Below the pieces are notes generated by a model, which saw only the letters and a program-made list of their open reading frames with translations, did no database searches and was not told where the DNA came from. A program made the position numbers and the translations under genes. From the NCBI GenBank assembly GCA_951406725.2, contig OX597815.1:208692001-208756000 (forward strand): a DNA stretch of 64,000 nt. The letters run 5' to 3'. Each line of letters starts with the position of its first letter. Positions within the stretch are counted from its first letter, which is position 1. Of the stretch, positions 1 to 12,173 are shown piece after piece. The stretch is from Octopus vulgaris. Its lineage: Eukaryota.

Positions 1-16
1 CAAATTCTTAATTAAA

Positions 17-345
17 GACTACCTTCACTCCTGAATGACCATGGGATTTCATGTAGAAAGTTTCCCTCTGAGGCACAAGTCTGTGCCAGGTTGTTTGTGG
101 AAGACCAGCCATCACCCATGCTTATCAGCCTCTCCTCTTCATGCCAGTGATGTTGTCCAAGGGAAAGGCAAAGGCTGATTCAGTTTGGCACCAGTAATGT
201 TGCAGCTCATTTCTACAGCTGAGTGAGCTGGAGGAATATGAGGAAATGTATCTTGTTCAAGAGCACAACACACAGCCCAGCCTGGGAACCGAACTCCCAA
301 CCCCCGTGATTATAAGCCTGATGCTCTAACCACTGAACTATGTGC
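17..345 (-). mobile_element. tRNA-derived SINE family E, diverged copy
   Basis: Colinear with the cleaner copy at 8433-8764 (GAATGACCATGGGATT, TTTCTACAGCTGAGTGA, CTCTAACCACTGA). Confidence 0.75.
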
Positions 346-703
346 CTAATTACTGATCATGTAAATTATCATCTTACATCCAGTCGGATGAATAGCCTGG
401 GCCAGTACAATGCTTCCATGCCAGACATCTCGATTGAGCAAAGAGGCGTGGACTGGGTTTTAGTTCCAGTGGTCTTTTGCTACTTGAAATATCTCAGCTG
501 TGTATATTACAGCTATAGATCCTATCAGTTCTTCACTAACTGAACTGGCTGTAAACAGTTTGTTGTCTGTTTATCTGTTCAGCATCTAGTGATATTTGCC
601 AATGACCTTCATTGGTTGAAATATTTCACCCTTGCATGTCTCGTGCTTTGAATCAATTAAATTATGAAATTCTGAATTATTTTGAAAAGAAAGTGAAACA
701 CAC

Positions 704-1121
704 AGGCGCAGGAGTGGCTGTGTGGAAAGTAGCTTGCCTACCAACCACATGGTTCCGGGTTCAGTCCCACTGCGTGGCACCTTGGGCAAGTGTCTTCTAC
801 TATAGCCTCGGGCCGACCAAAGCCTTGTGAGTGGATTTGGTAGATGGAAACTGAAAGAAGCCCGTCGTATATATGTGTATATATATATATATATATATGC
901 GTGTGTGTGTTTGTGTGTCTGTGTTTGTCCCCCTAGCATTGCTTGACAACCGACGCTGGTGTGTTTATGTCCCCGTTACTTAGTGGTTCTGCAAAAGAGA
1001 CCGATAGAATAAGTGCTGGGCTTACAAAAAAATAAGTCCCGGGGTTGAGTTGCTCGATTAAAGGTGGTGCTCCAGCATGGCCGCAGTTAAATGACTGAAA
1101 CAAGTAAAAGAGTAAAAGAGT
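704..1121 (+). mobile_element. tRNA-derived SINE family A (~410 bp, internal (TA)n/(TG)n, (AGTAAAAG)n tail)
   Basis: Pol III A-box-like TGGCTGTGTGG, B-box-like GGTTCAGTCCC, CCTTGGGCAAG core and short tandem tail; near-identical copies throughout the window. Confidence 0.9.
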
Positions 1122-1420
1122 ACACAAAAGGGGTTTACATTTAATATATCCCCCTCTCCATTCTCTAAACTTATTATTGGCAAACTTAAAGGAAATGAGA
1201 AGAATGAAAGCTATACATTATTTTCGTTCTGTTTATGGTGCTAAAGGTGCTTCAGATCTTTAACAGTGACAAACGGAATATACACCACCGGAAGTTGTTG
1301 TTGACAAAGAACAGCAGTAATTTTATTCAGCTGAATACACATCATTGATTGGTTGAAATTACCGAAATACGACAACTTTAACACGAAATAACTTTGAAAA
1401 TATAAACTTTTCTCAACAAC

Positions 1421-1586
1421 AGGCGCAGGAGTGGCTGTGTGGTAAGTAGCTTGCTAACCAACCACATGATTCCGGGTTCAGTCCCACTGCGTGGCATCTT
1501 GGGCAAGTGTCTTCTGCTATAGCCCAGGGCCGCCCAATGCCTTGTGAGTGGATTTGGTAGACGGAAACTGAAAGAAGCCTGTCGTA

Positions 1587-1633
<47 letters not shown>

Positions 1634-1813
1634 TTGTTTGTGTGTCTGTGTTTGTCCCTCTGTTTATGTCCCCGTTACTTAGCGGTTCGGCAAAAGAGAC
1701 CGATAGAATAAGTACTGGGCTTACAAAAAGAATAAGTCCCGGGGTCGAGTTGCTCGATTAAAGGCGGTGCTCCAGCGTGGCTGCAGTCAAATGACTGAAA
1801 CAAGTAAAAGAGT
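1421..1813 (+). mobile_element. SINE family A
   Basis: Full-length, near-identical to 704-1121. Confidence 0.9.
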
Positions 1814-2297
1814 ACTAAGATGACAAGCTGGCAGAGTTGTTAACATGGAGGGTGAAAGGTTCACGGCATTTTGTCTGTCTCTACATTCTGAGTTCAAATT
1901 CCACCAAGCTCATCTTTGCCTTTTATCTTTACTGTACTCGATAAAATGAGTATCAGCTGAATGCTGGCGTTGATGTATTCAACATCCTTCCTCTCCAGAT
2001 TCGATGGCTTTCTGCAGTTAAAAAACATGGTGCACAAATAATCAAAAATAAATTTAAACAAAACTATTTTTCCAAATCATGTCTTTTGAAATACACAATT
2101 AAAATAGTCATTTTATTTAGTTGTATGCAGTACAAACAATAAAATACGAAGTTGTAAGTAATATTGCACAACATTTTTTTCCCCTTGAATTGAAATCCCA
2201 TTACAAAAAAAAGAAATACAAACAAACAAAAAAACATTGATTGTAGCAGAATGGTCATTCAATGGTTTTAAATCAACCATATGCTCAGTCAATTCTT

Positions 2298-2641
2298 CAT
2301 CATCATCATCATCATCATTTAACGTCCGTTTTCCATGCTAGCATGGGTTGGACGGTTTAACTGGGGTCTGTGAAGCCGGAAGGCTTCATCAGGCCCAGTC
2401 AGATTTGGTAGTGTTTCTACGGCTGGATGCTCTTCCTAACGCCAACCACTCCGTGAGTGTAGTGGGTGCTTTTTACGTGTCACCTGCACAGGTGCCAGAC
2501 AGAGCTGGCAAACGGCCACGAACGGATGGTGCTTTTACGTGCTACCGGCACGGGGGCCAGGTGAGGCTGGCAACGGACACGAACGGATGGTGCTTTTACG
2601 TGCCAACGGCACGGGGGCCAGGCGAGGCTGGCAACGGACAC
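2298..2641 (-). mobile_element. Family B non-autonomous retroelement with (GAT)n tail and internal ~60-bp tandem units
   Basis: (CAT)n-TTTAACGTCCGTTTTCCATGCTAGCATGGGTTGGACGG...GGATGCTCTTCCTAACGCCAACCAC, shared with many copies. Confidence 0.85.
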
Positions 2642-2704
2642 TTAAAAAAAGGAAAGAAAAATTAATCTTATAAATCTTAAGTAAAATTTATTAGTTGGCA
2701 TTAA

Positions 2705-3062
2705 TACAGTAGAATTAGCCTAATTTTATCTTATTTTAATTTTAAAATTCTGCTTTTTCCAAAAATAAGCCCATGGGCTTAAATACAGACATAAATAATT
2801 TTGCTTAAATATTTTTTTTTTCTGAAAATGATAAAAATTACTGGGGCTCTACAGGAAAAGAGTTTCTGAATATAAGCCTATATGTTTAAAATTGAATGGG
2901 TTTATTTTTGGAAAAAACCAGTAATATTTTTATAATTTTTGTTTTAATAAAATATAGTAAATTTTAAAAATGTTATTTTCAGTTGCAATATTTTAAGTAC
3001 AGTAGAATTTTAGTTTTAAGTACTTTTTAGTTGCCTTTCGAAATTAGGTAAATTCTACTGTA
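2705..3062. mobile_element. Old TIR element (pogo/Tigger-like TA-CAGT termini) containing a second inverted-repeat element at ~2750-2921
   Basis: TACAGTAGAATTAGCCTAATTT at 2705 vs AAATTAGGTAAATTCTACTGTA ending 3062; inner TTTTTCCAAAAATAAGCCCAT vs ATGGGTTTATTTTTGGAAAAA. Confidence 0.5.
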
Positions 3063-3138
3063 AAAATCTTGCTCTGTACTTTTCCTGGTGTAATAACTTG
3101 AGAATAATAAGATGCATGTACTGGCATTTTTCAATGTA

Positions 3139-3169
<31 letters not shown>

Positions 3170-3170
<1 letters not shown>

Positions 3171-3387
3171 GAAGCGGGTAAGCTGGCAGAATTGTTAGCA
3201 TGCTGGGCAAAATGCTTTGTGGTATTTTATCCTTCTTTATGTTCTAAGTTCAAATACTGCCGGGGCTGACTTTGCCTTTCATATTTTCTGGGTTAATAAA
3301 ATAAGTACCAGTTGAGCAATGGGGCCAGTGTATTCAACTTAACCCCTTCCCTAAAACTGCTGGCCTTGTACCAAAATTTGAAACCGT
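3170..3387 (+). mobile_element. SINE family C, variant 3' end
   Basis: AGCTGGCAGAATTGTTAGCA...GTTCAAAT...GACTTTGCCTTTCAT...AAGTACCAG...GGCCTTGTACCAAAATTTGAAACC. Confidence 0.75.
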
Positions 3388-3401
3388 TATTATTGTTATT
3401 T

Positions 3402-3436
<35 letters not shown>

Positions 3437-3506
3437 GTTATTGTTATTATTATTATTTTTATTATTATTATTATTATTTTTATTGTTATTGTTATTATTA
3501 TTGTTA

Positions 3507-3541
<35 letters not shown>

Positions 3542-3607
3542 TTATTTTTATTTTTATTGTTATTTTTATTTTTATTATTATTATTATTGTTATTATTATT
3601 ATTGTTA

Positions 3608-3642
<35 letters not shown>

Positions 3643-3705
3643 GTTATTATTATTATTATTGTTATTTTTATTATTATTATTATTGTTATTATTATTATTA
3701 TTATT
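3388..3705. repeat. (TTA)n/(TTG) microsatellite, ~320 bp
   Basis: Directly visible; source of the poly-L/Y/N/I ORFs. Confidence 0.97.
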
Positions 3706-3722
3706 TTCTTTGTGTTCTACAG

Positions 3723-3808
3723 GGAGCTGGCTTATCAGATTGGAGAACAGTTTGAAGTGTTTGGCAAACCTATTAATGTTCGTGTTACAGTGATCACTGG
3801 AGGCATCA
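3723..3808 (+). CDS. DDX49: Internal coding exon of a DEAD-box RNA helicase (DDX49/Dbp8-like), end of motif Ia to the GG doublet
   Basis: Acceptor ttttctttgtgttctacAG (AG 3721-3722) and donor GTAAGT (3809). Translates (R)ELAYQIGEQFEVFGKPINVRVTVITGGI, matching the PTRELAxQI...GG segment of DEAD-box helicases and, from memory, closest to DDX49. Ends in phase 1, which fits the next exon. Confidence 0.88.
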
Positions 3809-3847
3809 GTAAGTTCCCTTTCTTTTTCTATAGTTTCATATTTAAGT

Positions 3848-4001
3848 GCAGGCATGGCTGTTTAGTAAGAAGCTTGCTTCCCAACCACATGGTTCCAGGT
3901 TCAGTCCCACTGTGTGGCACCTTGGGCAAGTGTCTTCTACTACAGCCTTGGGATGACCAAAGCCTTGTGAGTAGATTTGGTGGACAGAAACTGAAAGAAA
4001 C

Positions 4002-4049
<48 letters not shown>

Positions 4050-4268
4050 GTGTTTGTGTATGTTTGTGTGTCTGTGTTTGTCCCCCCACCATTGCTTGAC
4101 AACCGATATTGGTGTGTTTATGACCTCATAACTTTGCAGTTCGGCGAAAGAGACCAATAGAATATGTACTAGGCTTACAAAGACCAAGTCCCAGGTTTGA
4201 TTTGTTTGACTAAAGGCAGTGCTGTAGCATGGCCACAGTCAAATGACTGAAACCAATAAAAGAATAAT
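3848..4268 (+). mobile_element. SINE family A
   Basis: Colinear with 704-1121, moderately diverged. Confidence 0.85.
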
Positions 4269-4394
4269 GAATGCTTGAAGCAATCAGCATTACATTTGTT
4301 CTTTTGTTTTTTCTGGTTTAGGTTTCATTTATAATTGTTGTAATGGTGAGAACTGTGTTCATTAGTCAAATATCAACTTTTATTACGTATATAT

Positions 4395-4600
4395 AAGTTA
4401 CCCAGAAGTCCTTGAACTGGCAGATGTCACCAGCATCAAAGTCATACTATTCAAGACCCATAAGGCATTGGGTAGGGTGTGTTTCCAGGATGCAGGATCG
4501 TAGCCTGCTCAAGATTGTGCTGCATAGCAAATTCTTCACTAACCTCATTGTGAGACGGGCACAGATGGAAAAAGTACTAGGAGTCACTAATGAAATCTCT
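4395..4600 (+). pseudogene. Degraded RTE/BovB-clade LINE ORF C-terminal fragment
   Basis: RHWVGCVSRMQDRSLLKIVLHSK resembles the RTE-clade LRWxGHVxRMxDxRLPKxxxYGEL motif; frameshifted. Confidence 0.55.
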
Positions 4601-4984
4601 CAATGCATTTCACATTGATTATTACCAGTGATCCATTATAGTCTCTCATCTGGAGACCTGGCAACACACCATTCACCAGTTTGTTTCTTTCTTTGAAAAT
4701 ACACTCACAATTTCCTCTCAGCCACGGGGCTCTTTACTCATGCAAGACTAGTCATTGTCTTTCATCTGACTACTTTGGGTTTCAAGACCAGTAATTATGA
4801 TTCCGAGGGGTAAGATGACCAACAATTTTTTTTGCCTCAAATGAAAGTACATTTTTGTAGCTACGCATTCTTTCGGACAAGACTTCTTCCAAAGATTACA
4901 CACTTCTCTGGCAATACGACTCAGTTATAGAATATGTAGTATATGAGCCAATGAGAGAATTTGTGGTATACAAGCCATTGAAGG

Positions 4985-5280
4985 TCATCATCATCATCAT
5001 CATCATCGTTTAATGTCCGCTTTCCATGCTGGCACGGGTTGGACGGTTTGATTGAGGACTCGGGAACCAGATGGCTACACCAGGCTCCAATCTGATCTGG
5101 CAGAGTTTCTACTGCTTGATGCCCTTCCTAACGCCAACCACTCCGAGAGTGTAGTGGGTGCTTTTACGTACCACCGGCACGAGGGCCAGTCAGGTGGTAC
5201 TGGCAACGGCCATGCTCAAATGGTGTTTTTTACGTGCCACCTGCGCAGGAACCAGTCCAGCGGCACTGGAAACGACAATC
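4985..5280 (-). mobile_element. Family B element
   Basis: (CAT)n tail and the GATGCCCTTCCTAACGCCAACCAC motif. Confidence 0.85.
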
Positions 5281-6030
5281 TAGTGAGTGAACATGTGGTA
5301 TAGAAGCTAGTTAGAATAATTTAGCAAATGAACCAGTGGTGGCAGGTGGCATGAGTGTATATGTAGTAAATAAACCCAGTGAGCAAAGATGTAAGAAATG
5401 AGCCAGTGATGAAACATTTAGTATATAAGACAGTGTGGGTATATGTTGTATGGATGGAAGCACTCCGTCGGTTACGACGATGAGGGTTCCGGTTGATCTG
5501 AATCAACGGAACAGCCTGCTCGTGAAATTAACGTGTAAGTGGCTGAGCACTCCACAGACACGTGTATCCTTAATGTAGTTCTCAGGGATATTCAGCGTGA
5601 CACAGAGAATGACAAGGCCGGCCCTTTGAAATACAGGTACAACAGAAACAGGAAGTAAGAGTGAGAGAAAGTTGTGGTGAAAGAGTACAACAGGGATCAC
5701 CACCATCCCCTGCCGGAGCCTCGTGGAGCTTTTAGGTGTTTTCGCTCAATAAACACTCACGACGCCCGGTCTGGGAATCGAAACCACGATCCTATGACCG
5801 CGAGTCCGCTGCCCTAACCACTGGGCCATTGCACCTCCACTATGTTGTATACCAGTCTGGGGTGGAGCTAACATGTAGTATTTGAGTCAGTGAAGGAACA
5901 TGTAGCATACAAGACAGTAAGGGAACATCTAGTAAATAAGTGTAGTGAACAAACATGTAACAGGTGAACCAGTGATGGAGCATGTACATAAGACGGTGGG
6001 GAAACATGTAGCATGTAAGCCAGTGTGGGA
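5281..6030. repeat. Degenerate ~28-30 bp minisatellite (approx. GAACATGTAGCATATAAGCCAGTG) split by a SINE
   Basis: Recurring AACATGTAG...AAG(A/C)CAGTG units on both sides of 5452-5840. Confidence 0.6.
5452..5840 (-). mobile_element. tRNA-derived SINE family D (3' module type 1), 10-bp TSD
   Basis: Head GTGGAGGTGCAATGGCCCAGTGGTTAGGGCAGCGGACTCGCGG...GGTTTCGATTCCC; TSD TATGTTGTAT at 5442-5451 and 5841-5850; matches 36494-36882. Confidence 0.9.
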
Positions 6031-7238
6031 CCATCTTAGTGGTTGCTTGAAACAGGAGCCAAATATTGCACAAATTACCCTCTGTCGTCGTAAAATGAAA
6101 AATAAAAAAAAAGGATAAGATGGTCATGGCTGGAACACTTTTGGTTTGCTCGATCAGAGCCAATCTAGAGCTACACAACAACAACAGTAAGAAGAACAAG
6201 AAAGTAAGTGTAGTGTGTGGTGACATTTTGTGTCGATTGTGATGTGTTAGTCAATTGTTGTTGTAATTATTTGTAGAAAGGTCATGGCTAAGAGCGAGAT
6301 GTATTTGTCTGTAATTAGTATTGGGAAGCATTCATATTTCCAATGTTTGCAAACAATAGAGACAGTGCTGTGCTTGCTGAATTATCTAAATACAGCCATA
6401 GTAATCACACGATTGATGTTGTACACAAGTTTTAATTGTATGATTTTATTTTGTCTGCTGATCAAAAATTAAGCTCTTCAACGCACCTGTTTGTCATGAA
6501 TTTACCTGCACAATTACAAAGCAATCATTATAACTGCCCTTTAATTCTGATATTTTCATCCTTTTTTTTGTTTGTTTTGTTTAGAATTAAAATTTTTATT
6601 TTAATCATTTCATTAACATGTAAATGCTAACATCTGTTGCAATTTATTTGTACCTGCCGATGAATGTAAAATCAAATATAATGTTGGAATGGAATTAAAA
6701 ATAATCAAAATAATTTAACATTTAAATGAGCTATCTAAAATTTTGGGGAAGCTTAAACTTATGTTTTGTAACTGTTATTTTAGCATTTGCTTTGAAAATG
6801 TGATGTGATGAATACAAAAGGGTACAGAGAAATAGTTGATATTTGAAACAGTAGAATAATTTGCTTAGAATACATAAATCTCACCATACAAACACTCACA
6901 TATGCATGAATATTTAATGAAAGCAATTTCCAACTGCTTCTCAAAAGAAGAAGGAAATCGAAAAAAAAAAAGAAAAATATTCAGTGGCAAAATTCTAATT
7001 GCAACATTCTTCCATTCATCCTGAGAATGAGAATGTTTTTTTTTATATATTTTTTTTTGTTTTTTTTTTTTTCCTTTGCAAAAATAAGAAATAAAGAAGA
7101 AAATGCTAAGAAATGAGTTATGGCACTCATACTTTGTTACTTGCCGTTACCACTGTTTCATTGTTGTCCTCATCATCATCATCATCATCACCAATCCTCA
7201 TTGTTGCTACCATCACCACTGCAACTACCACCACTCAC

Positions 7239-7276
<38 letters not shown>

Positions 7277-7431
7277 CCATCAGTACTATCATTTTTCCTT
7301 CTCTTTCCGAATATCTCCATCCTTCTGTTCCTGCTATCGTAATTCTCTTTCTCTATCATCAACATTTCAGTTGATTTAACAAAAATTTATTATTTTTTCA
7401 TCCTTTTTAAATCATAGTTTCTAAACTGTCG

Positions 7432-7479
<48 letters not shown>

Positions 7480-7574
7480 GTGTGTGTGTGTGTGTTCACT
7501 TGTGTTGTCTATGTCTGTGTATTTTATAAGTTTTGTATCTTCAGTTTCATTGAAGATATTGTACTTAAAGCAAA

Positions 7575-7840
7575 ATCATCACCATCATCATCATCATCAT
7601 CGTTTAACGTCCGTTTTCCGTGCTAGCACGAGTTGGACGGTTCGACCGGGGTCTGGGAAGCCTGGGGCTGCACCAGGCTCCAGTCTGATCTGGCAGTGTT
7701 TCTACAGCTGGATGCTCTTCCTAACGCCAACAACACCACAAGTGCAGTGGGTGCTTTTTACGTGCCACCTGCACAGGTGCCGGGGGGATCCGGCATCGGC
7801 CACGATCGGTTGGAGCTTTTAACGTGCCACCAGCACGGTT
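7575..7840 (-). mobile_element. Family B element
   Basis: (CAT)n tail plus conserved body. Confidence 0.85.
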
Positions 7841-8432
7841 ATATGAATAAAATAAATAGATAAATAAATAAATAAATAAAGCCACTGCTAGCACTGTGAA
7901 TAATTACACTCAAGATAAATATATTTCAATAATTAATTATTTTTTTTGTTTTTGTCCTTCTCTGCTCAGTTTATATTTCTTACTCATAAAATAGGAGTTT
8001 CCAAGTTTCTTATATTAGTTGACTGAAACTCCAAGTTTTGGACAAAATTCTCCGTAATATTTGATCGGACTTTGTGTGCTTGGATTCAAATTCAGCTGAG
8101 GTCAACTTTGCCTTTCATCTTTGGAGTTGATAAAAGGATTGTAGCAGTGCCTGGTGTTGGATTGGCAGAGTTGTTAGAGCAGCGGACAAAATATCTTATG
8201 GCATCTGTTCCGGTCTTTTATGTTCTTTTAATGCAGACTTATTCCATTGCTTGTCTTAACGGCTACCACATAATGTCTGGGTGGTTTTAGAAGAATTTAC
8301 TTTGTTGTAAACAATTAGCCTAGGTCTCTGGTTTTAGGATAACTTACTCTCTTTCTACTTCAGAGTCTGGAGGATGGGAAGAGTTAGAGAGAGAAAAACG
8401 ATCCTCCTTTGACTAAGTGGTTAAGATAACTA

Positions 8433-8764
8433 AAGACCCCCTTCGGTCATGAATGACCATGGGATTGCACCTAGAAAGTTACCCTCCTAGACACAAGTCC
8501 GGGCAAAGTTGTTTATGGAAGACCAGCAGTCGCCCATGCATACCAGCCTCCCCTCTCCACGCCACCAGTGTTATCCAAGGGAAAGACAAAGGTCGATACA
8601 GCTTGGCACCAGTGACGTCGCAACTCATTTCTACAGCTGAGTGAACTGGAGCAACGTGAAATAAAGTGCTTTGCTCAAGAACACAACACGCAGCCCGGTC
8701 CGGGATTCGAGCTCACAACCTCACGATCGTAAGCTCGACGCTCTAACCACTGAGCCATGCGCCT
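8433..8764 (-). mobile_element. tRNA-derived SINE family E
   Basis: Minus-strand head GGCGCATGGCTCAGTGGTTAGAGCG...GAGCTCGAATCCC (A/B boxes), then TTCTTGAGCAAAGCACTTTA and CACTCAGCTGTAGAAATGAGT. Confidence 0.88.
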
Positions 8765-9101
8765 GTGGTCAGGATTTTGTGGATAGGGTGTAAGTCAATT
8801 CCACTGACCACCAATGCTCAACTGTTTGTACCTATGACCATCAGTATTTGAACTTGGAATGTTGTGGACAAAAATACTGGTAAGCATTTTGCCCAGCCTA
8901 CCAACTGTTCGGCCAGCTTGGCATTTTGTAATATCATTCACTTTTATCATAAACCTTTTTACAACATGGTAGACTGAAGAATCACATAGTTTAACAAAAA
9001 GAAAAAAAAAAGATAAAAAATAAAAGCGAGAGAGACAAAGAGAGAAAAAAGAAGTATTGCCAGCATTGGTTTCAGCTGACCAAATTAAATATTGTGTGTA
9101 T

Positions 9102-9515
9102 AGGCGCATGAGTGGCTGTGTGGTAAGTAGCTTGCTAACCAACCACATGGTTCCGGGTTCAGTCCCACTGCGTGGCATCTTGGGCAAGTGTCTTCTGCTA
9201 TAGCCCCGGGCCAACCAATGCCTTGTGTTTGGATTTGGTAGATGGAAACTGAAAGAAGCCTGTCGTATATATGTATATATATATATATATGTATGTATGT
9301 GTGTGTGTGTGTGTTTTGTGTGTTTGTGTGCCTGTGTTTGTCTCTGATGCTGGTGTGTTTACGTCCCCGTCACTTAGCGGTTCGGCAAAAAGAGACCGAT
9401 AGAATAAGTACTGGGCTTCCAAAGAATAAGTCCCGGGGTCGATTTGCTCGACTAAAGGCAGTGCTCCAGCATGGCCGCAGTCAAATGACTGAAACAAGTA
9501 AAAGAGTAAAAGAGT
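9102..9515 (+). mobile_element. SINE family A
   Basis: Full-length copy with (AGTAAAAG)n tail. Confidence 0.9.
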
Positions 9516-11428
9516 ATATACATGTATGTGTGTGTGTGTTGTAAGTTAGCCGAGAAGAAGCAGTGTCAACGATGTTTGTAGGACCTTCTAGATTTGCGAG
9601 GTCAGTGTGATCTGTATACCCTTGTACCCAACCTCAAACATCACCTGTTATTAGTTATTGCCTCGTTAAATAAAAAAAGAGTGTATAAGTGGCTGATAAT
9701 CCTGTTTGTATATCTTGTTCAACACAGTGTTTTTTTATTTGAGATATGTAGCACTTACATATGTCTCTCAATCAACAGTTAAACAATCTGCGCTTGCTGG
9801 GTTTCAGCGTCATTCCTGCTCTGGCATGTTGTGTGCGTTTGGTGTGACATGTGAAAGAACTGTCTAAAATCTGGTTATTGAAAAACAGGTGTTAAATGGC
9901 AATATTGATGATGATTAGACGATGGCATTTGTGATTGTGCTGCTGCTGCTGCTGTTGTTGTTGTTGTTGGTGGTGGTTTTGGTGGTGGTGGTTGTTATAG
10001 GAGTTGTAGCGGTGGTGTTTATTAAATCAGACTTTAATTACTTATCTCAAAATTAATTTAAAAGAAATTAAGATGTTTTATTGAAGTGTCAACTTTAATT
10101 TGTGGAAACTATATAAATGAAGATTGTTGAAAAATAACGAAAACAAACAAAAAACAAACCAAATCAAAATGGAAAACACCGGTAAAAAAATACCCCCAAA
10201 ATGTTTAAACGTAACAATAAATAACTATCATTATCACCACCATCACAATAACAGTTACTACAACAACAACAATCCTTGGATATGTCATACAAGCGTATTA
10301 TAAACTGATTCCAATAAAAATATGAGTGGTACACCTCATGGAAGTATCCTCTTCTTGCCAGCCATCCCTTCCTAGTTATCTATAATAAAGGTGAAGGGAA
10401 AAAAAGTAGAAGACAACAGTTTTTACTGACAGGCTACATTTGTCATATCTGTTGGGATTCTGATAATTGAAATAAAATAATCCAAGACACTTTCTCTTTC
10501 TCCCTCTCTTGATCTTGATTTTTTTTTCTCTTAGTACACATTGACAAAAAAAAAAATAAATGAGAAAAAAAAATTGGAAAAAAAAAGAGACAAGACAAAA
10601 TTATACCAATAAGTCCAGTCAATCAAAATGACAGATGTTAAAGCAAGCAAAAGAAACCCTTCCTTATCTTGTATAGAGGTGTTTTGTTATTTTTTTTTCC
10701 TTTTTATTATATTGTATTTTGTTCATTTAAAATTTCGCTGTCTAGTTTGATTTGACTGGTTTTGGCTTTCTGGAAAGAATAAAGAACTGGGATGATTATA
10801 AATAAATGAGGAATGGTAAAATGGGTAGGTTGGTAGGTTGGTAGGTAGGTAAGGTTACCATTCCCTATTTTTTGATTCTTTTTTTTTAGGATGTCTTTCT
10901 GAACATTTTTTTTGTATTTTTTTTTTTTACCATTTTACTTTAGCATTTGTTTTTGTTTTATTTTTATCATATCCACACAACAGAATTCTGTATTCCTCAC
11001 TTATTTTTTGACACTGTTTCTGACAAAAGGATTACTAGAAATTAATATCTTTTGCATTTGTTATGGGGATGGGGACGAAGAGTAAACATTTTTGTCACAA
11101 CATTAGATGCTAGTGCACAGCTTCTAGTACTTGGTGTTGTTTCTGCCAAAACCAGTCTATATGTGGTTACTCGACTTTTTAGAAATAGTAGTAGCCAAAT
11201 CTCTGTCCTTCTCTCAGGTTATATCCTCAGAGAGAGAGAGAGAGAGAGAAAGAGGGAGAAGGTATAAAAAATTGTGCCCATGCATTAATTAGATACTCTA
11301 GTTCTAGTTATGCTATGCCTGGTTGAAAGACAGTGGGTACTGCTGGGATCTCATTCACCATTAATGGCTATTTGATAATAACTGACCTCTTGTGGTTATG
11401 CAACAATAAATACTCTCAGCAACAAATA

Positions 11429-11847
11429 CTTATTTCTTTACTACCCACAAGGAGTTAAACACAGAAGGGACAAACAAGGACAGACATAGGTATTAAATCG
11501 ATTATATCGACCCCAGTCCATAACTGGTACTTTATTTATCGACCCTGAAAGGATGAAAGGTAAAGTCGATCTTGGCGGAATTTGAACTTAGAATGTAGCG
11601 GCTGACGAAATACCTATTTCTTTACTACCCACAAGGGGCTAAACATAGAGGGGACAAACTAGGACAGACGTAGGTATTATGTCGATTACATCGATCCCAG
11701 TGCGTAACTGGTACTTTATTTATCGACCCTGAAAGGATGAAAGGTAAAGTCGACCTCGGCGGAATTTGAACTTAGAACGTAGCGGCTGACGAAATGCTGC
11801 TAGGAATTTCACCCGGCCTGCTAACATTTCCGCCAGATCGCCGCCCT
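11429..11847 (-). mobile_element. SINE family C, head plus two 184-bp body units, single 15-bp TSD
   Basis: TSD TCTCAGCAACAAATA at 11414-11428 and 11848-11862; unit junction TACCTATTTCTTTACTACCC at 11611. Confidence 0.9.
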
Positions 11848-12173
11848 TCTCAGCAACAAATATTGTCATTTAAAGATTTCAGAGAGGTATAGTAAGTTTT
11901 GAAAATATAATAATAATAATAATAATAATATGAAAAAAACCCTCTGAAAAACATGCATTTTATCATATTGGAACATTTCATGCTTATGGTACCATTCTTG
12001 ATGTTTACCATGATTGCTTAGTAAAATTCATAACAGATTTAAATGCTAATGTCTTAGAATTTGCAAATGAGAAAGAGAGAGAGAGAGAGAGCGAGAGAGA
12101 GACTAAGTAAGTGAGGGAAGACCATTAACATTTGGGGTATCTTGGTTTTCATGATGTTCATGTCCCATCTTAC

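Noticed and set aside
3312-3855. Long poly-Leu/Tyr/Asn/Ile ORFs
   Set aside because: Translations of the (TTA)n microsatellite; only 3723-3808 is supported as coding.
7103-7379. Poly-His/Ser/Ile ORFs
   Set aside because: (CAT)n/(CAC)n microsatellite; open in all frames, no splice or homology support.
8690-8764. tRNA-like sequences with A/B boxes (also heads at 704, 5770-5840, 36497, 37477)
   Set aside because: They are SINE heads: they run into shared non-tRNA bodies, lack a complete acceptor stem and are flanked by TSDs.
11324-11342. TGAAAGACAGTGGGTACTG resembling miR-71
   Set aside because: Insertion and mismatches relative to the miRNA as I recall it, and no convincing precursor hairpin; probably chance or an old repeat.
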